Part shown: piece after piece, positions 17,533-28,037 of the stretch
Layout of the letters: every line of letters begins with the position of its first letter
Numbering within the stretch: the stretch's first letter is position 1
Notes under the pieces: generated by a model
Seen by the model: the letters and a program-made list of their open reading frames with translations, nothing else
Told to the model about the DNA's origin: nothing
Databases searched by the model: none
Assembly (NCBI GenBank): GCA_944358125.1
Contig: CALVQM010000001.1
Coordinates: forward strand, 1 to 51,312
DNA: 51,312 nt
Source of the DNA: an uncultured Bacilli bacterium
GTDB taxonomy: Bacteria > Bacillota_I > Bacilli_A > RF39 > UBA660
Direction of reading: 5' to 3'
Program-made: the position numbers and the translations under genes

Positions 17533-18637
17533 TTTATTTGCAGGATGTGGTGGATTAAGTTTAGGTTTTGAAATGGAAAATTTTAATGTTCTACTAGCTA
17601 TTGAAAAAGATGAATGGGCTGCTGAAACTTACAAAAAAAATCATCCTATTACTAATGTAATTATAGATGATATTACGAAAATAACGAATTTAGAAAATTT
17701 ATTACCAAAAAATACGACTATTGATGGAATTATTGGGGGACCTCCTTGTCAAGGATTTTCATTAAGTGGAAACAGAGATAAAAATGATCCAAGAAATAGT
17801 TTATTTATGGATTTTGTAAGATTTGTTAATTTTTTTAAGCCTAAATTTTTTGTAATGGAAAATGTAACGGGAATTTTATCAATGAAAACAAAGGAAAATA
17901 TGTTAGTGAAAGATCTAATTTTACAAGAATATGATAAAGCAGGATACAATGTTAAAATTTGTAAATTAAATGCTGCTGATTTTGGAGTGCCGCAAGCGAG
18001 AGTTAGAGTTGTTTTTATGGGTATTAGAAAAGATTTGCCTTTTAATGAAGATAAATTAGAGCCGAAACCCATATATTCCGAAAATGAATATGTCACAATT
18101 GAGCAAGCGATTATGGATTTGCCACAAATAAATTCTGGGGAAGGAGCAGAAGAAATGGACTATACTTGTGAGCCACAAAATAATTATCAACGATGGGCTA
18201 GAGGTAATAGTAGAAAAGTTTATAATCATGTTGCCATGCGTCATACTCAAAGGCTAATAAATCGATTTGATAATATTAAATTTGGGCAATCGGTTGCAGA
18301 CGTTGATGATTGTCACAAACAAAGAAAAAGAGGAGATGCATCAAAAATTAGTGGCAAAACTTTTTCTCAAAATAACATGAGACCATTTCCTGATAAGCCA
18401 TCACCGACAATTCCTGCCAGTTTTCAAAGTAATTTTATACATCCATATATAAATAGAAATTATACTGCTAGAGAAGGTGCAAGATTACAATCTTTTCCTG
18501 ATGATTATATTTTTTGTGGAAAAAGAACTACTATGTCTTGGGAAAAAAATTTATCTCAATATCAGCAAATTGGAAATGCAGTTCCACCCCTACTTGCTGA
18601 TGCTATAGCAAAAAATCTGCTTAACTATTTTAGTTAA
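17519..18637 (+). CDS. DNA (cytosine-5)-methyltransferase
   Basis: Motifs I FAGCGG, IV GGPPCQGFS, VI ENV, VIII QARVRV and X GNAVPP. ATG at 17519, 8 nt after AAGGAGG. Confidence 0.92.
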   Translation: MNVIDLFAGCGGLSLGFEMENFNVLLAIEKDEWAAETYKKNHPITNVIIDDITKITNLENLLPKNTTIDGIIGGPPCQGFSLSGNRDKNDPRNSLFMDFVRFVNFFKPKFFVMENVTGILSMKTKENMLVKDLILQEYDKAGYNVKICKLNAADFGVPQARVRVVFMGIRKDLPFNEDKLEPKPIYSENEYVTIEQAIMDLPQINSGEGAEEMDYTCEPQNNYQRWARGNSRKVYNHVAMRHTQRLINRFDNIKFGQSVADVDDCHKQRKRGDASKISGKTFSQNNMRPFPDKPSPTIPASFQSNFIHPYINRNYTAREGARLQSFPDDYIFCGKRTTMSWEKNLSQYQQIGNAVPPLLADAIAKNLLNYFS

Positions 18638-18704
18638 ACAGATTTTATTTTTCAACATTAATTAATCTACCAGGTGTATGAACTTTTCTTTCAATGGCAA
18701 TATT

Positions 18705-19427
18705 TTATATATCTTTACTAATTTGATTATAGTAATCTTTTAATACTGTATAATCAATTAGGGATTTTTCATTAAATCTTAAAACAAACATTTCATCTAA
18801 AATTTTATCATATCTAGCAGATATTATTTTATCATTTCCAACTTGGTTAGTTTCCATTAAGACATAGGTTTTAACATTTGGTGTTGCACTTTTTAATAAC
18901 TTACTAGAAAATTGTACTTCGCCAAACATGGTTGCATCTAAATAGGTTTTTACTTCGACAGCAATTATTGGCAAAATAATTTCAAAAGTATCATTTTCTA
19001 TTTTTATACTTACTTTTTTGCCAATACAGAAATCTATGTCTTTTTTCATAATATTTACTTTAAGATCATTTCCTATTTTTATTCCAGCATAAATACCTTT
19101 GTTATAAATACCTAATTCACCATTTTTTATATATTTATTATCCTGAAATAAATATGTACTTAATTCTTCTAAAAAAGTAGAACGAAATTTAGATTGTGAT
19201 GTTATGTTATTTTCTCTAGTAAATACATTTAATTTGGTATAATAATTATTTATAACTTCTGTGGCTTCTTTAAAAGTATTCTCATCTAAATTAGAAAAAT
19301 CAAAAGCTAATAATTTCATTTTAGTTTCTAAATACACATTTTCATAAAATTCCTTTATTTTTTCGCCTATTCCACCATAATTATTATGAATTTTATTTTT
19401 AAAGTTATTTTCATGTATATACAACAT
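18705..19427 (-). CDS. putative type II restriction endonuclease (PD-(D/E)xK-like)
   Basis: Convergent partner of the m5C methyltransferase. Candidate catalytic pattern DIDFCIG...AVEVKTYLD. ATG at 19427 follows AGGAGG. The family was not identified. Confidence 0.5.
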   Translation of the reverse strand: MLYIHENNFKNKIHNNYGGIGEKIKEFYENVYLETKMKLLAFDFSNLDENTFKEATEVINNYYTKLNVFTRENNITSQSKFRSTFLEELSTYLFQDNKYIKNGELGIYNKGIYAGIKIGNDLKVNIMKKDIDFCIGKKVSIKIENDTFEIILPIIAVEVKTYLDATMFGEVQFSSKLLKSATPNVKTYVLMETNQVGNDKIISARYDKILDEMFVLRFNEKSLIDYTVLKDYYNQISKDI

Positions 19428-19494
19428 ATTGGTGCCTCCTAAAAACATTATAACACAAATAGTTGATATTTTAAAATATTGGGTGGATTTTATC

Positions 19495-20010
19495 TTATAT
19501 ATCTAATTTTTGAGAAAAGATACTTGCTATAAGTTTTCCTATAATTATCTCATCTTTAATAGGAGTATCACTATACATGATAATTAGACCAATACTATCA
19601 TTTAAAGAAATAATAGGAATAAATACAAAATTGCCATTTAAAGTATATTCTCCCATTATTTCTGATGTATTTTCTTTAGTTATAATCTCTCTATTTTCTA
19701 AAATATTTAAATATTCTTGATTTAATAACTTGCCCTTTAAATCACTTGAAAGGCCAGCATGGGCTATAATTTTTTCCCGATCTGTAATAATTATTTTATA
19801 ATTAAAGTTATTATATATTAAATCGCATAAGTTACTTGCTAAATCACTATTTGTTGTCATACGATAATATTTTTTTAGGATAATACTGTCATTTTCAGTG
19901 AATATTTCCATGTTTTCACCATCTCTTATTCCTAAATTTCTTCGGATTTCTTTCGGTATAACAATGCGTCCTAGTTCATCAATTCTTCTTACTACTCCAG
20001 TAGACTTCAA
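19495..20010 (-). CDS. spoVT: stage V sporulation protein T (AbrB-type N-terminus plus GAF-like domain)
   Basis: MKSTGVVRRIDELGRIVIPKEIRRNLGIRDGE, a length of 171 aa, and a position downstream of mfd as in B. subtilis. Confidence 0.85.
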   Translation of the reverse strand: MKSTGVVRRIDELGRIVIPKEIRRNLGIRDGENMEIFTENDSIILKKYYRMTTNSDLASNLCDLIYNNFNYKIIITDREKIIAHAGLSSDLKGKLLNQEYLNILENREIITKENTSEIMGEYTLNGNFVFIPIISLNDSIGLIIMYSDTPIKDEIIIGKLIASIFSQKLDI

Positions 20011-20063
20011 ATTTTACAACTCCAATCTACTATTAATATTGGCGAACTATATATTTTTATACT

Positions 20064-20090
20064 AAAAAAATGCTGCTGTTTGGGCAACAT
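20064..20090 (-). terminator. intrinsic terminator after the 118-aa ORF
   Basis: Minus strand ATGTTGC-loop-GCAGCAT followed by TTTTTTT. Confidence 0.6.
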
Positions 20091-20447
20091 TTATTTAGTA
20101 AGTTTTTTAGATGTCTTTTCGATAAGTTTGTCTAATTCTTCAATTCGATAAGTATATATATCTTCTTGTCCTAAATTTTGAATTGTTACTTTAGCATTTT
20201 TTAATAAATTAGCAAACTCATTTACTAGTTCTGATGTCATAATTGGTAATGTTCTTTCAAAAAAGATACAAAAAGCAATCCAATCACTCACTTTTAATTT
20301 AGTAGTGGGTACTACTTTGTATATTTTTCTTAAATATGTCATTATAGCGTGTCCAGCATAGCTTTCATATTCTTTTTCAGTTTCTTCTAATGAGCTAATT
20401 ACAACTGGTTCAATATTTACATGTACTAATTTCTTTTCATCTATCAT
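20091..20447 (-). CDS. hypothetical protein, 118 aa
   Basis: ORF between mfd and spoVT. ATG at 20447 after AAGGGGTGA. No recognised motif. Confidence 0.4.
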   Translation of the reverse strand: MIDEKKLVHVNIEPVVISSLEETEKEYESYAGHAIMTYLRKIYKVVPTTKLKVSDWIAFCIFFERTLPIMTSELVNEFANLLKNAKVTIQNLGQEDIYTYRIEELDKLIEKTSKKLTK

Positions 20448-20561
20448 TATTATCACCCCTTAATGAGCGTCTATTGTACTATATTATAGCAATTTTGTCA
20501 AATTTTTTGCTTAAAACTCTAGAAAAAAGGACTTAAATAAAGTATTAATAAATAAATGGGG

Positions 20562-23500
20562 TTATTTATGAGAATTATTTCCCGGGAAATAATCGTCTTT
20601 GATTAGTTCTAAAACAGGGACAAAAGTATATAGAAAGTGTTTATCATTTGGCTTTAACATAAGTGTTATTTTGATTTTTTTGTTTAGATAAGCAAATTTT
20701 AAATTAGGATTAATATTATAACTTTCTAAAAATAGTTTATCTGCTTTTATATGACTAGATAATTCTTCAGGTAATTCTACTTCTACAAATCTTTCTGTTT
20801 GGGTTACTTTGGTAATATTTAGAGTTTTAGCTAGTTTTTCAAACCATTCTTCATACATGTAAATAATTATTGTTTCATCTACTTTACCAAAACGATCTTC
20901 TAATTCTTCTTTTACTTTTTTTAGGCTTTCCATTGAGTTTACTTCATTAATCATTTGGTGGATTTCAATTTTTATTTCATCATCTGTTGTATAATTATCA
21001 GAAATATGCGTACTGACATCTACTAAAGATTGTTTATCCTCTTCAGTTGGTACTTCTTCTCCTTTTAACCTTTTCATTTCATCTTCAATCATTTGCATAT
21101 ATAAATTAATACCTACGGAATCAACAAAACCAGCTTGTTCACTACCTAAAATGTCACCAGCTCCCCTTATTGCTAAATCACGCATAGCAATACGGTAACC
21201 ACTACCCAGTTCAGTAAATTCTTTTATAGCATCTAATCTTTTAATGGCTATATCATTAAGCATTTTGCTTTTATCATAAAGAAGATAAGCATATGCTATT
21301 TTGTTAGAACGTCCGACTCTTCCTCTTATTTGATATAATTGAGAAAGTCCAAATCTATCAGCATTATAAATAATTAAAGTATTAGTGTTAGGTATATCTA
21401 TTCCTGTTTCAATAATAGTTGTACATACTAAAATATCATATTTAAAATCAATAAAATCTTGCATAACATCTTCTAGTTCTTGTTTGTTCATTCTGCCATG
21501 AGCACTTACTATTCTGGCTTCTGGTACTAAAGATCTAATATGACTAACTATGCTATCTAGTTTATCGATATTGTTATAAAGAATAAATATTTGGCCATTT
21601 CTTGCTAATTCCTTATAAATAGCATCTTTAATAATTAAATCATTTTCTTCTAACACATAAGTTTGAATGGGATATCTATTTACAGGTGGAGTATCAATAA
21701 TTGATAAATCTCTTAAGCCTGACATAGCCATTTTCATTGTTCTAGGAATTGGAGTTGCTGATAAAGTTAAAACATTTACATCTGTTTTGAATTTTTTTAT
21801 CTTTTCTTTATGAGTTACTCCAAAGCGTTGTTCTTCATCAACAATTAGTAAACCTAATTTATTAAATTTAACATCATCACTTAAAAGCCTATGGGTGCCA
21901 AAGACAATATCAATAGTGCCTTTAGCTAAACCATCTAGTATTCTTTTCGTCTCTTTAGGAGAGGTAAAGCGATTAAGTAAGGCTATTTCTATAGGATAGT
22001 TTTTAAATCTTTCTTGGGCACTGCTATATTGCTGTTTCGATAAAATCGTGGTTGGACATAAATAAAATACTTGATGATTATTTAAAACAGTTTTGAACAT
22101 GGCTCTAAATGCTACTTCGGTTTTTCCGAACCCAACATCGCCACATAGTAATCTATCCATAGGTACTTGATTTTTTAAATCAGTATCTATTTCTTTAATA
22201 GCTTTATCTTGATCTTTTGTTGGAGTATATTCAAAACTATTTGCAAACTCTGTTTCCATATCGTAAGTTTTATAAATTTCGCCTTTCAAAGCTTTTCTTT
22301 CAGCATATAATTTTAATAATTCTTCAGAAATATCTTTGATTTTCTTTTCAACGGCCCTTTTGGTTTTAGCCCAACTTGTCGAATTTAATTTATTAATTTT
22401 TGGTTTTAGCCCTTCTTTACTTGTATATTTTAAAATGGTATTCATTTTTTCAACCGGAACATATACTTTATCATTATCGGCATAAAGAATTTCAAGATAA
22501 TCTTTGGCTAATCCTCTTTTAGTTAGAGTTTTTAGGCCATTATAAATACCTATTCCATGGGCCATATGAACGACATAATCCCCTTTATTAAGAGAATTTA
22601 AATCTTTTATTTTACTACCAATTTTATAAGAATTACGGTATTTTACTCGTTCAGTGCTTACTTTTTCAATATCATTTTCGCTTATTACGACTGTTTTAAC
22701 GATAATAAAGCCTTTAGCTAAATAGTTGTTTTCAATAGTAATAGGAACATTGATTAATTCTTTAATTATTTTAATTTGAGATGCTTTACTTAAATAAAAT
22801 ATTATTTTATAACCTCTATGGTACCATATTTCCGTTTGTTCTTTTAATTTTTCAAAATTAGAATGAAAGTTAGGGATTTCTTTGGTAGATAAGTTTAGAG
22901 TGTTTGCTCCTTTTTGATAATTATCAATAAAATTAAGATAGATATTTTCTTTTGGATTAATCTCGTCAAGAGCGAACATAAATCTAGTGTCTTTCGGTAA
23001 ATCTTTGGAAACACGAAATTCTAACATTTCTTCTTCTAATTTAGCATAATTAGCTTTTATTCTTGTCTCATCAACCGTAAGAACTATGGCATCTTTGGCA
23101 TAGTCTAGTAAACTTGATTTTTTATCAGTTTTAATTTCACCGTTCGTTACTAGTTTAATTTCATCTATTTCTTTGATGGACATTTGAGTAGACTCATCAA
23201 AATAGCGAATAGATTCAATGGTATTTCCAAAGAATTCGACTCTAATTGGGTGTTCTTCTAGAGTTACAAATATATCAATAACAAAACCTCTTATGGCATA
23301 TTCACCAGTAGTAGTAACTATGGTATCTCTTTTATAATCTAATTTATCTAGTATTTCAATTAGCTTTTCTCTATTTATTTCATCACCTTTTTTTAAAATG
23401 ATATTCATTTTTTCTTGAACAGATTGATCAGTTAGAAATTTTAAATATCCCATTAAGTTGGTTACAATAATACCTTTTTTATTCTTTAAAGCTTCTAATG

Positions 23501-23768
23501 TGTCAATTCTTGTAGTTTTAAGTTCTGGGGAAATAGCTAGAGCTTGGCTAGTTATAAAATCGTCCATAGGAAAAAGATAAGTGTTTTTTTCATAATTTCC
23601 AATGCCAGAGAAAAAAGTATTTGCTTCATATAATGTACTTAATAAGACTATGACATTTTTCTTTTTTTCTTTAAAAAGTTTAGACACGTAAAGATAGGCT
23701 AACTCATGAGTTAACCCCGTTATAGTTAAATTATTATCATATTTAAAATATTTATCTAAAAAATTCAT
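20562..23768 (-). CDS. mfd: transcription-repair coupling factor
   Basis: About 1068 aa with a UvrB-like N-terminus, the helicase motifs GDVGFGKTEVA and DEEQRFG, and the TRG region. Shows pth...mfd-spoVT synteny. Confidence 0.93.
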   Translation of the reverse strand: MNFLDKYFKYDNNLTITGLTHELAYLYVSKLFKEKKKNVIVLLSTLYEANTFFSGIGNYEKNTYLFPMDDFITSQALAISPELKTTRIDTLEALKNKKGIIVTNLMGYLKFLTDQSVQEKMNIILKKGDEINREKLIEILDKLDYKRDTIVTTTGEYAIRGFVIDIFVTLEEHPIRVEFFGNTIESIRYFDESTQMSIKEIDEIKLVTNGEIKTDKKSSLLDYAKDAIVLTVDETRIKANYAKLEEEMLEFRVSKDLPKDTRFMFALDEINPKENIYLNFIDNYQKGANTLNLSTKEIPNFHSNFEKLKEQTEIWYHRGYKIIFYLSKASQIKIIKELINVPITIENNYLAKGFIIVKTVVISENDIEKVSTERVKYRNSYKIGSKIKDLNSLNKGDYVVHMAHGIGIYNGLKTLTKRGLAKDYLEILYADNDKVYVPVEKMNTILKYTSKEGLKPKINKLNSTSWAKTKRAVEKKIKDISEELLKLYAERKALKGEIYKTYDMETEFANSFEYTPTKDQDKAIKEIDTDLKNQVPMDRLLCGDVGFGKTEVAFRAMFKTVLNNHQVFYLCPTTILSKQQYSSAQERFKNYPIEIALLNRFTSPKETKRILDGLAKGTIDIVFGTHRLLSDDVKFNKLGLLIVDEEQRFGVTHKEKIKKFKTDVNVLTLSATPIPRTMKMAMSGLRDLSIIDTPPVNRYPIQTYVLEENDLIIKDAIYKELARNGQIFILYNNIDKLDSIVSHIRSLVPEARIVSAHGRMNKQELEDVMQDFIDFKYDILVCTTIIETGIDIPNTNTLIIYNADRFGLSQLYQIRGRVGRSNKIAYAYLLYDKSKMLNDIAIKRLDAIKEFTELGSGYRIAMRDLAIRGAGDILGSEQAGFVDSVGINLYMQMIEDEMKRLKGEEVPTEEDKQSLVDVSTHISDNYTTDDEIKIEIHQMINEVNSMESLKKVKEELEDRFGKVDETIIIYMYEEWFEKLAKTLNITKVTQTERFVEVELPEELSSHIKADKLFLESYNINPNLKFAYLNKKIKITLMLKPNDKHFLYTFVPVLELIKDDYFPGNNSHK
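20575..20592. promoter_or_regulatory. NBS palindrome inside the mfd 3' end
   Basis: TTATTTCCCGGGAAATAA, read as ..FPGNN.. in mfd. Confidence 0.75.
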
Positions 23769-23849
23769 TTGTATCACCTACTAATAATTTGTATCTTCTA
23801 GTCGATTATAAATAATTTGGTGTTTTTCTTCTAATTTTTCTAATATTTC

Positions 23850-24290
23850 TTATTCTTTAATACCTAGATAATAAGCAAAATCTAGTAAATTTATAAAAAT
23901 ATTTTTAATATCTTGGGCATTTAAATTATTAAAAAGGTTTGTACTTAAATAATATATGTGATTAATTTGGTTTAATCTATTTTTTATTATCTTTGTATTA
24001 GTAAAATCAGTTATATTTATGTTTAATAAACCATAAAAATAGAAAATCATGTTTAAACAGTCGGCTAATTCTTCGAGCATTTTTTCTTTATTTGGTAATT
24101 TGATGCTCCAATATTTAAAATATTTTGTTTCATTGATAAATTCTCCTATTTCCACTAATAATTCAATACAATTTTTTTCATAAAATTCTGGTTCGTTTTT
24201 TTGATATTGAGAATTAAATTTTTCGTCTAACTTTTTATTTTCTTGATAATAGTTTTCCCATCTTTTGATTTTTGTTAACAGATTATTCAT
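23850..24290 (-). CDS. dimeric dUTPase-like protein (dUTPase_2/YncF-like)
   Basis: ELLVEIGEFINETKYFKYW...LEELADCLNMIFY resembles the all-alpha dUTPase family pattern. Assignment from memory. Confidence 0.45.
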   Translation of the reverse strand: MNNLLTKIKRWENYYQENKKLDEKFNSQYQKNEPEFYEKNCIELLVEIGEFINETKYFKYWSIKLPNKEKMLEELADCLNMIFYFYGLLNINITDFTNTKIIKNRLNQINHIYYLSTNLFNNLNAQDIKNIFINLLDFAYYLGIKE

Positions 24291-24849
24291 GATGGTTATT
24301 CCTTGTATTATATTTATTCATGGTTTTATCAAGACCATTTGTTATAAAAGAAGTAATAATTTCATCAAATTTGGCATATAAATTATTAAATATAGCTTGT
24401 TCTTCTAGGCTAAATTTTCCTAAGACATAATCTTTGGTATCTATTTTCTTATTATTCGAAATGCCTATTTTAAGCCTAGCAAAGTTATTATTTCCCAGAC
24501 ATTCAATAATAGATTTTATACCATTATGCCCCCCACTACTACTATTGGTTTTAAGGCGATACATACCAACTTCTAAATCTAAATCATCTTGAATTACTAA
24601 AATATCTTCTAATGGTATTTTATAGAAAGTTACAAATTCTTTTACGGCTTGGCCGGATAAATTCATATACGTAATTGGTTTTATTAAGATTATTTTTTCA
24701 TTGTTTATTATTTTTTCTTGATATAGAGCATTCCATTTTTTAGACCAATTATTACTACTAGCAAAGTGATCAATTACCATAAAGCCAATATTATGACGGG
24801 TATAAGTGTATTCTTGACCTGGATTACCTAAACCGACGATTAATTTCAT
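24283..24849 (-). CDS. pth: peptidyl-tRNA hydrolase
   Basis: LIVGLGNPG..Y..TRHNIGF and GGHNGIKSI motifs. Confidence 0.93.
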   Translation of the reverse strand: MKLIVGLGNPGQEYTYTRHNIGFMVIDHFASSNNWSKKWNALYQEKIINNEKIILIKPITYMNLSGQAVKEFVTFYKIPLEDILVIQDDLDLEVGMYRLKTNSSSGGHNGIKSIIECLGNNNFARLKIGISNNKKIDTKDYVLGKFSLEEQAIFNNLYAKFDEIITSFITNGLDKTMNKYNTRNNHHE

Positions 24850-25565
24850 TATTTATCTTCCTCCTTAAATATATTTTGATATGTTTTTGTTTCACGATCA
24901 ATTTTTACAGATTTTATTTTAACACCTGGTGATGAATTTTTGACCATTTTAAATAATACCATGATAGCCTCTTTCTTCCAATTGGAATAAATGAATATCA
25001 TTTTTTTAACATGTAAGTTATGCGTTGTAGCTAGATTTATAATTTCTTCTAGTCTTGATGGACGGTGGACTAAATAAAAGGCTCCTTTATCTTTTAATAA
25101 TCCTTTTACAATATCAAATATTTCTTCTAAAGTTATAGTTAATTCATGTCTTGCTATAGCTTTTTTTCTTTTTTCGTTTATTAAAGATGTTTCATTTACT
25201 TTGAAAAAGGGAGGATTACAAGTTATGATGTCAAAATTATTTCCCGGGAAATAATTTTTTAAGTCTTTAGCATTACAATTTAACATTTCTATGTTTGATA
25301 GATTATTTTCGACAATACTTTTTATGGCTAACAAATAAATTTCTCTTTGAATTTCAACACCTGTAATATCAATGTTATATTTTTTGCCAATGATTAAAGG
25401 TAGTGGTGCATTTCCACTACATATATCTAGTAAATTTTTATCGTTTTTATTTACATTTACAAATTCGGCTAGAAGTAAAGAATCGAGAGAGAATTTAAAT
25501 AACTCATTATCCTGGTAAATTTTTAAGCCATAATCGTATAAATCATTCAACACTTCCACTTTCAT
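24849..25565 (-). CDS. SAM-dependent methyltransferase, tRNA1(Val) m6A37 TrmN6/YabB-like
   Basis: LLDICSGNAPLPL (motif I) and the CNPPFF catalytic motif. The start codon is ambiguous (25565, or GTG at 25559). Confidence 0.7.
   Translation of the reverse strand: MKVEVLNDLYDYGLKIYQDNELFKFSLDSLLLAEFVNVNKNDKNLLDICSGNAPLPLIIGKKYNIDITGVEIQREIYLLAIKSIVENNLSNIEMLNCNAKDLKNYFPGNNFDIITCNPPFFKVNETSLINEKRKKAIARHELTITLEEIFDIVKGLLKDKGAFYLVHRPSRLEEIINLATTHNLHVKKMIFIYSNWKKEAIMVLFKMVKNSSPGVKIKSVKIDRETKTYQNIFKEEDK
25233..25258. promoter_or_regulatory. NBS palindrome (26-bp extended) inside the methyltransferase gene
   Basis: AAAATTATTTCCCGGGAAATAATTTT, read as ..YFPGNNF.. Confidence 0.75.
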
Positions 25566-26343
25566 CACCTAAAGAAATTTCCACTTTTTCATTATTTACT
25601 AACACTTTATAAGAACGATTTAAAATATCGACATTTACTACGGTACCTTCTCCTTGTTCTAGATTTATAATATCACCCACGTTTGGTAACCCTTCACTAC
25701 AACGAAGGTATTCCTCATCTTCATATGTAAGGCAACATAACAAACGTCCACATAAACCATTGACTTTTGATGGATTTAAAGCTAATCCTTGATTTTTTGC
25801 CATATTCATAGAAACAGAATCAATGTGATTTAAAAAATTGGCACAGCATATTTTTTCACCACATATTCCTACACCACCTACTTCGCGAGCTTTATCACGA
25901 GCACCAATTTGACGAAGTTCAATACGGGTACGATAAATAGCCGCTAGACGTCTAGCTAACTCTCGAAAATCAATTCGTTCATCAGCTAAAAAGTTAAATA
26001 TTAATTGTTTACGATCAAAAGTAAAACTAGCATTAATCATTTTCATATCTAGATTTAATTCTTTTACTAACATACGACATTGTTTTAAAGCTTGATCAGC
26101 ATCACGCAAGTTTTTTAAGTATTCTTCATAATCTTTTTTAGTAGAAATTCGAATTATATCTTTTAATTCATCAATATTTTTAATATTATCACTATTAAGA
26201 TAATTAACTACTTTACCAAATTGGAGTCCTTTTTCGGTTTCTGTTATGACAGTTACATTAATAGGACAACGAATTTTACTTTTAAAATTATAGATTTTAC
26301 CATTGTCTTTAAAATTAACACCATATATGTAATATCTATCCAT
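25543..26343 (-). CDS. ricT: PSP1-domain protein RicT/YaaT
   Basis: 266 aa with the Cys-rich segment GICGEKICCANFL...GLCGRLLCCLTYE. Position after holB. Confidence 0.85.
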   Translation of the reverse strand: MDRYYIYGVNFKDNGKIYNFKSKIRCPINVTVITETEKGLQFGKVVNYLNSDNIKNIDELKDIIRISTKKDYEEYLKNLRDADQALKQCRMLVKELNLDMKMINASFTFDRKQLIFNFLADERIDFRELARRLAAIYRTRIELRQIGARDKAREVGGVGICGEKICCANFLNHIDSVSMNMAKNQGLALNPSKVNGLCGRLLCCLTYEDEEYLRCSEGLPNVGDIINLEQGEGTVVNVDILNRSYKVLVNNEKVEISLGDESGSVE

Positions 26344-27199
26344 GATTTTCCCTCATTTCTATGACAAATTTATCTAATAATAATTCCATATTACCATTAT
26401 AACTCAAATCTTGTAAAAATTTGGTAATAATATTTAATTTGGATATAATTTCTTTAGTTCCTTCTTTAATTTCATATATATTTGTTATTTCTTCATTATA
26501 GCTTTTATTTAAGTTTTTTTCTAAATAATTTATATAAATTTCAAATATAATTTTAAACAGTATTTCTATGTCTTTTCTTTCTGATACTTTATTTAATATT
26601 AATTCTTTATGATTAATTAAAGCATTACTGGCTATTTTATTTAGATATAAATTAATTAGTTCTTTATAACTCGTAAATTGTTCAGTAGTTATATTTAATT
26701 TGTCTAAAATATTATCACTATCATAAGTTATTACTAAAGATTGACAACGACTTTTAATAGTAGGAATTATTACATCTTTATTATTTGTTATGAAAAAACC
26801 TAAAATGCCTTCCGTAGGTTCTTCAACAAACTTTAACATAGCATTAGCACTACTTCCATTTAATTTTTCGGCATTTTTTATTATATAAATGTTGTATTTG
26901 CTATATATAGGTTTAGTTTCAAAATTTATTTTTAGTTCTTCAATTTGATTTTTTTTAATACTCGCACCATCAGGTTCAATCGTTACTAGGCTTGGTAAAT
27001 TATTTTTATCAATCAAATTACATAAATTACATAGTTTACAAGATCCTTGATACTCTTCAGGACAATTTATGACTTTTATTAACTCCTTTAAATCATTTAT
27101 AAGTTTTGGAGTATTATTTGTTTCAATTAAATAAGCGTGAGCTAATCTTCCCTCACGATATTTTTCATAAATTTCCTTTAAATTATTATCTTTAAACAA
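26336..27199 (-). CDS. holB: DNA polymerase III subunit delta'
   Basis: RLAHAYLIE, the zinc-module-like CKLCNLCNLI, and FVEEP..GILGFFITN. Confidence 0.8.
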   Translation of the reverse strand: MFKDNNLKEIYEKYREGRLAHAYLIETNNTPKLINDLKELIKVINCPEEYQGSCKLCNLCNLIDKNNLPSLVTIEPDGASIKKNQIEELKINFETKPIYSKYNIYIIKNAEKLNGSSANAMLKFVEEPTEGILGFFITNNKDVIIPTIKSRCQSLVITYDSDNILDKLNITTEQFTSYKELINLYLNKIASNALINHKELILNKVSERKDIEILFKIIFEIYINYLEKNLNKSYNEEITNIYEIKEGTKEIISKLNIITKFLQDLSYNGNMELLLDKFVIEMRENHG

Positions 27200-27211
27200 A
27201 CTACCACATCC

Positions 27212-27397
27212 TTAAATTAATAAGTATACTGCGACTAATCCTAATATTCCAGGAGAACCTAGAAAGGTTACTAAAATAATGGTAATAATATTAATAGGAA
27301 TAAAAATATTTATACCTGATAATATTAAATTAAGACCATAAATACTTACAAATGCAAAGCATAATTTGCTTAAAACTTTGAGTATCTTCTTTTTCAT
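27212..27397 (-). CDS. small two-TM membrane protein, BofA-like
   Basis: 61 aa with FLGSPGILGLVAVYLL at the C-terminus. Located next to recR, where B. subtilis has bofA. Confidence 0.45.
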   Translation of the reverse strand: MKKKILKVLSKLCFAFVSIYGLNLILSGINIFIPINIITIILVTFLGSPGILGLVAVYLLI

Positions 27398-27434
27398 ATT
27401 TCATCACAGTTAATTATATGAATTTTCGATTACT

Positions 27435-28037
27435 TTATTCAGATATTTTCTTACGATCTTCTAGGGCTTTTTCAAGTGTTACATTATCTAAATAATCAAT
27501 TTCTGCGCCAATTGGGATACCATAAGATAATCGAGATATTGTTACCTTTTTATTTTCTAAAATTTTTTTGATATATAAAGTAGTAGCTTCTCCTTCTACT
27601 GTTGGCTTTAATGCTAAAATTAGTTCAGGACGATCTAATGCTTCTACTCTACTTACTAATGATGATAAATTAATATCTTCAGGGCCAATATCGTCCATAG
27701 GAGAGATAAGGCCATTTAAAACATGATAAGTTCCATTAAATGTACCAGACTTTTCAAATGAAAAAATACTTTTATAATCTTCAATTACACAAATAATATT
27801 TTTGTTTCTATTTTCATCACTACAAATATTACATATTTCCTGATCTGTTAGATGACCACATATAGAACATCTAGTTAGATTTTTTTTAGCCAATTTAATA
27901 GCATCACTAAATTCTTCTATTTCTTCTTCACTAAAATCTAATGTAGCTATGGCGAGACGTTCAGCGCTTTTCTCACCTATTCCTGGTAATTTTTGAAAAT
28001 AATTAATTAATTTTTCTAAATCTTGAGGATAATTCAT
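27435..28037 (-). CDS. recR: recombination protein RecR
   Basis: LPGIGEKSAERLA helix-hairpin-helix, zinc finger CSICGHLTDQEICNIC, and a Toprim region. Confidence 0.93.
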   Translation of the reverse strand: MNYPQDLEKLINYFQKLPGIGEKSAERLAIATLDFSEEEIEEFSDAIKLAKKNLTRCSICGHLTDQEICNICSDENRNKNIICVIEDYKSIFSFEKSGTFNGTYHVLNGLISPMDDIGPEDINLSSLVSRVEALDRPELILALKPTVEGEATTLYIKKILENKKVTISRLSYGIPIGAEIDYLDNVTLEKALEDRKKISE

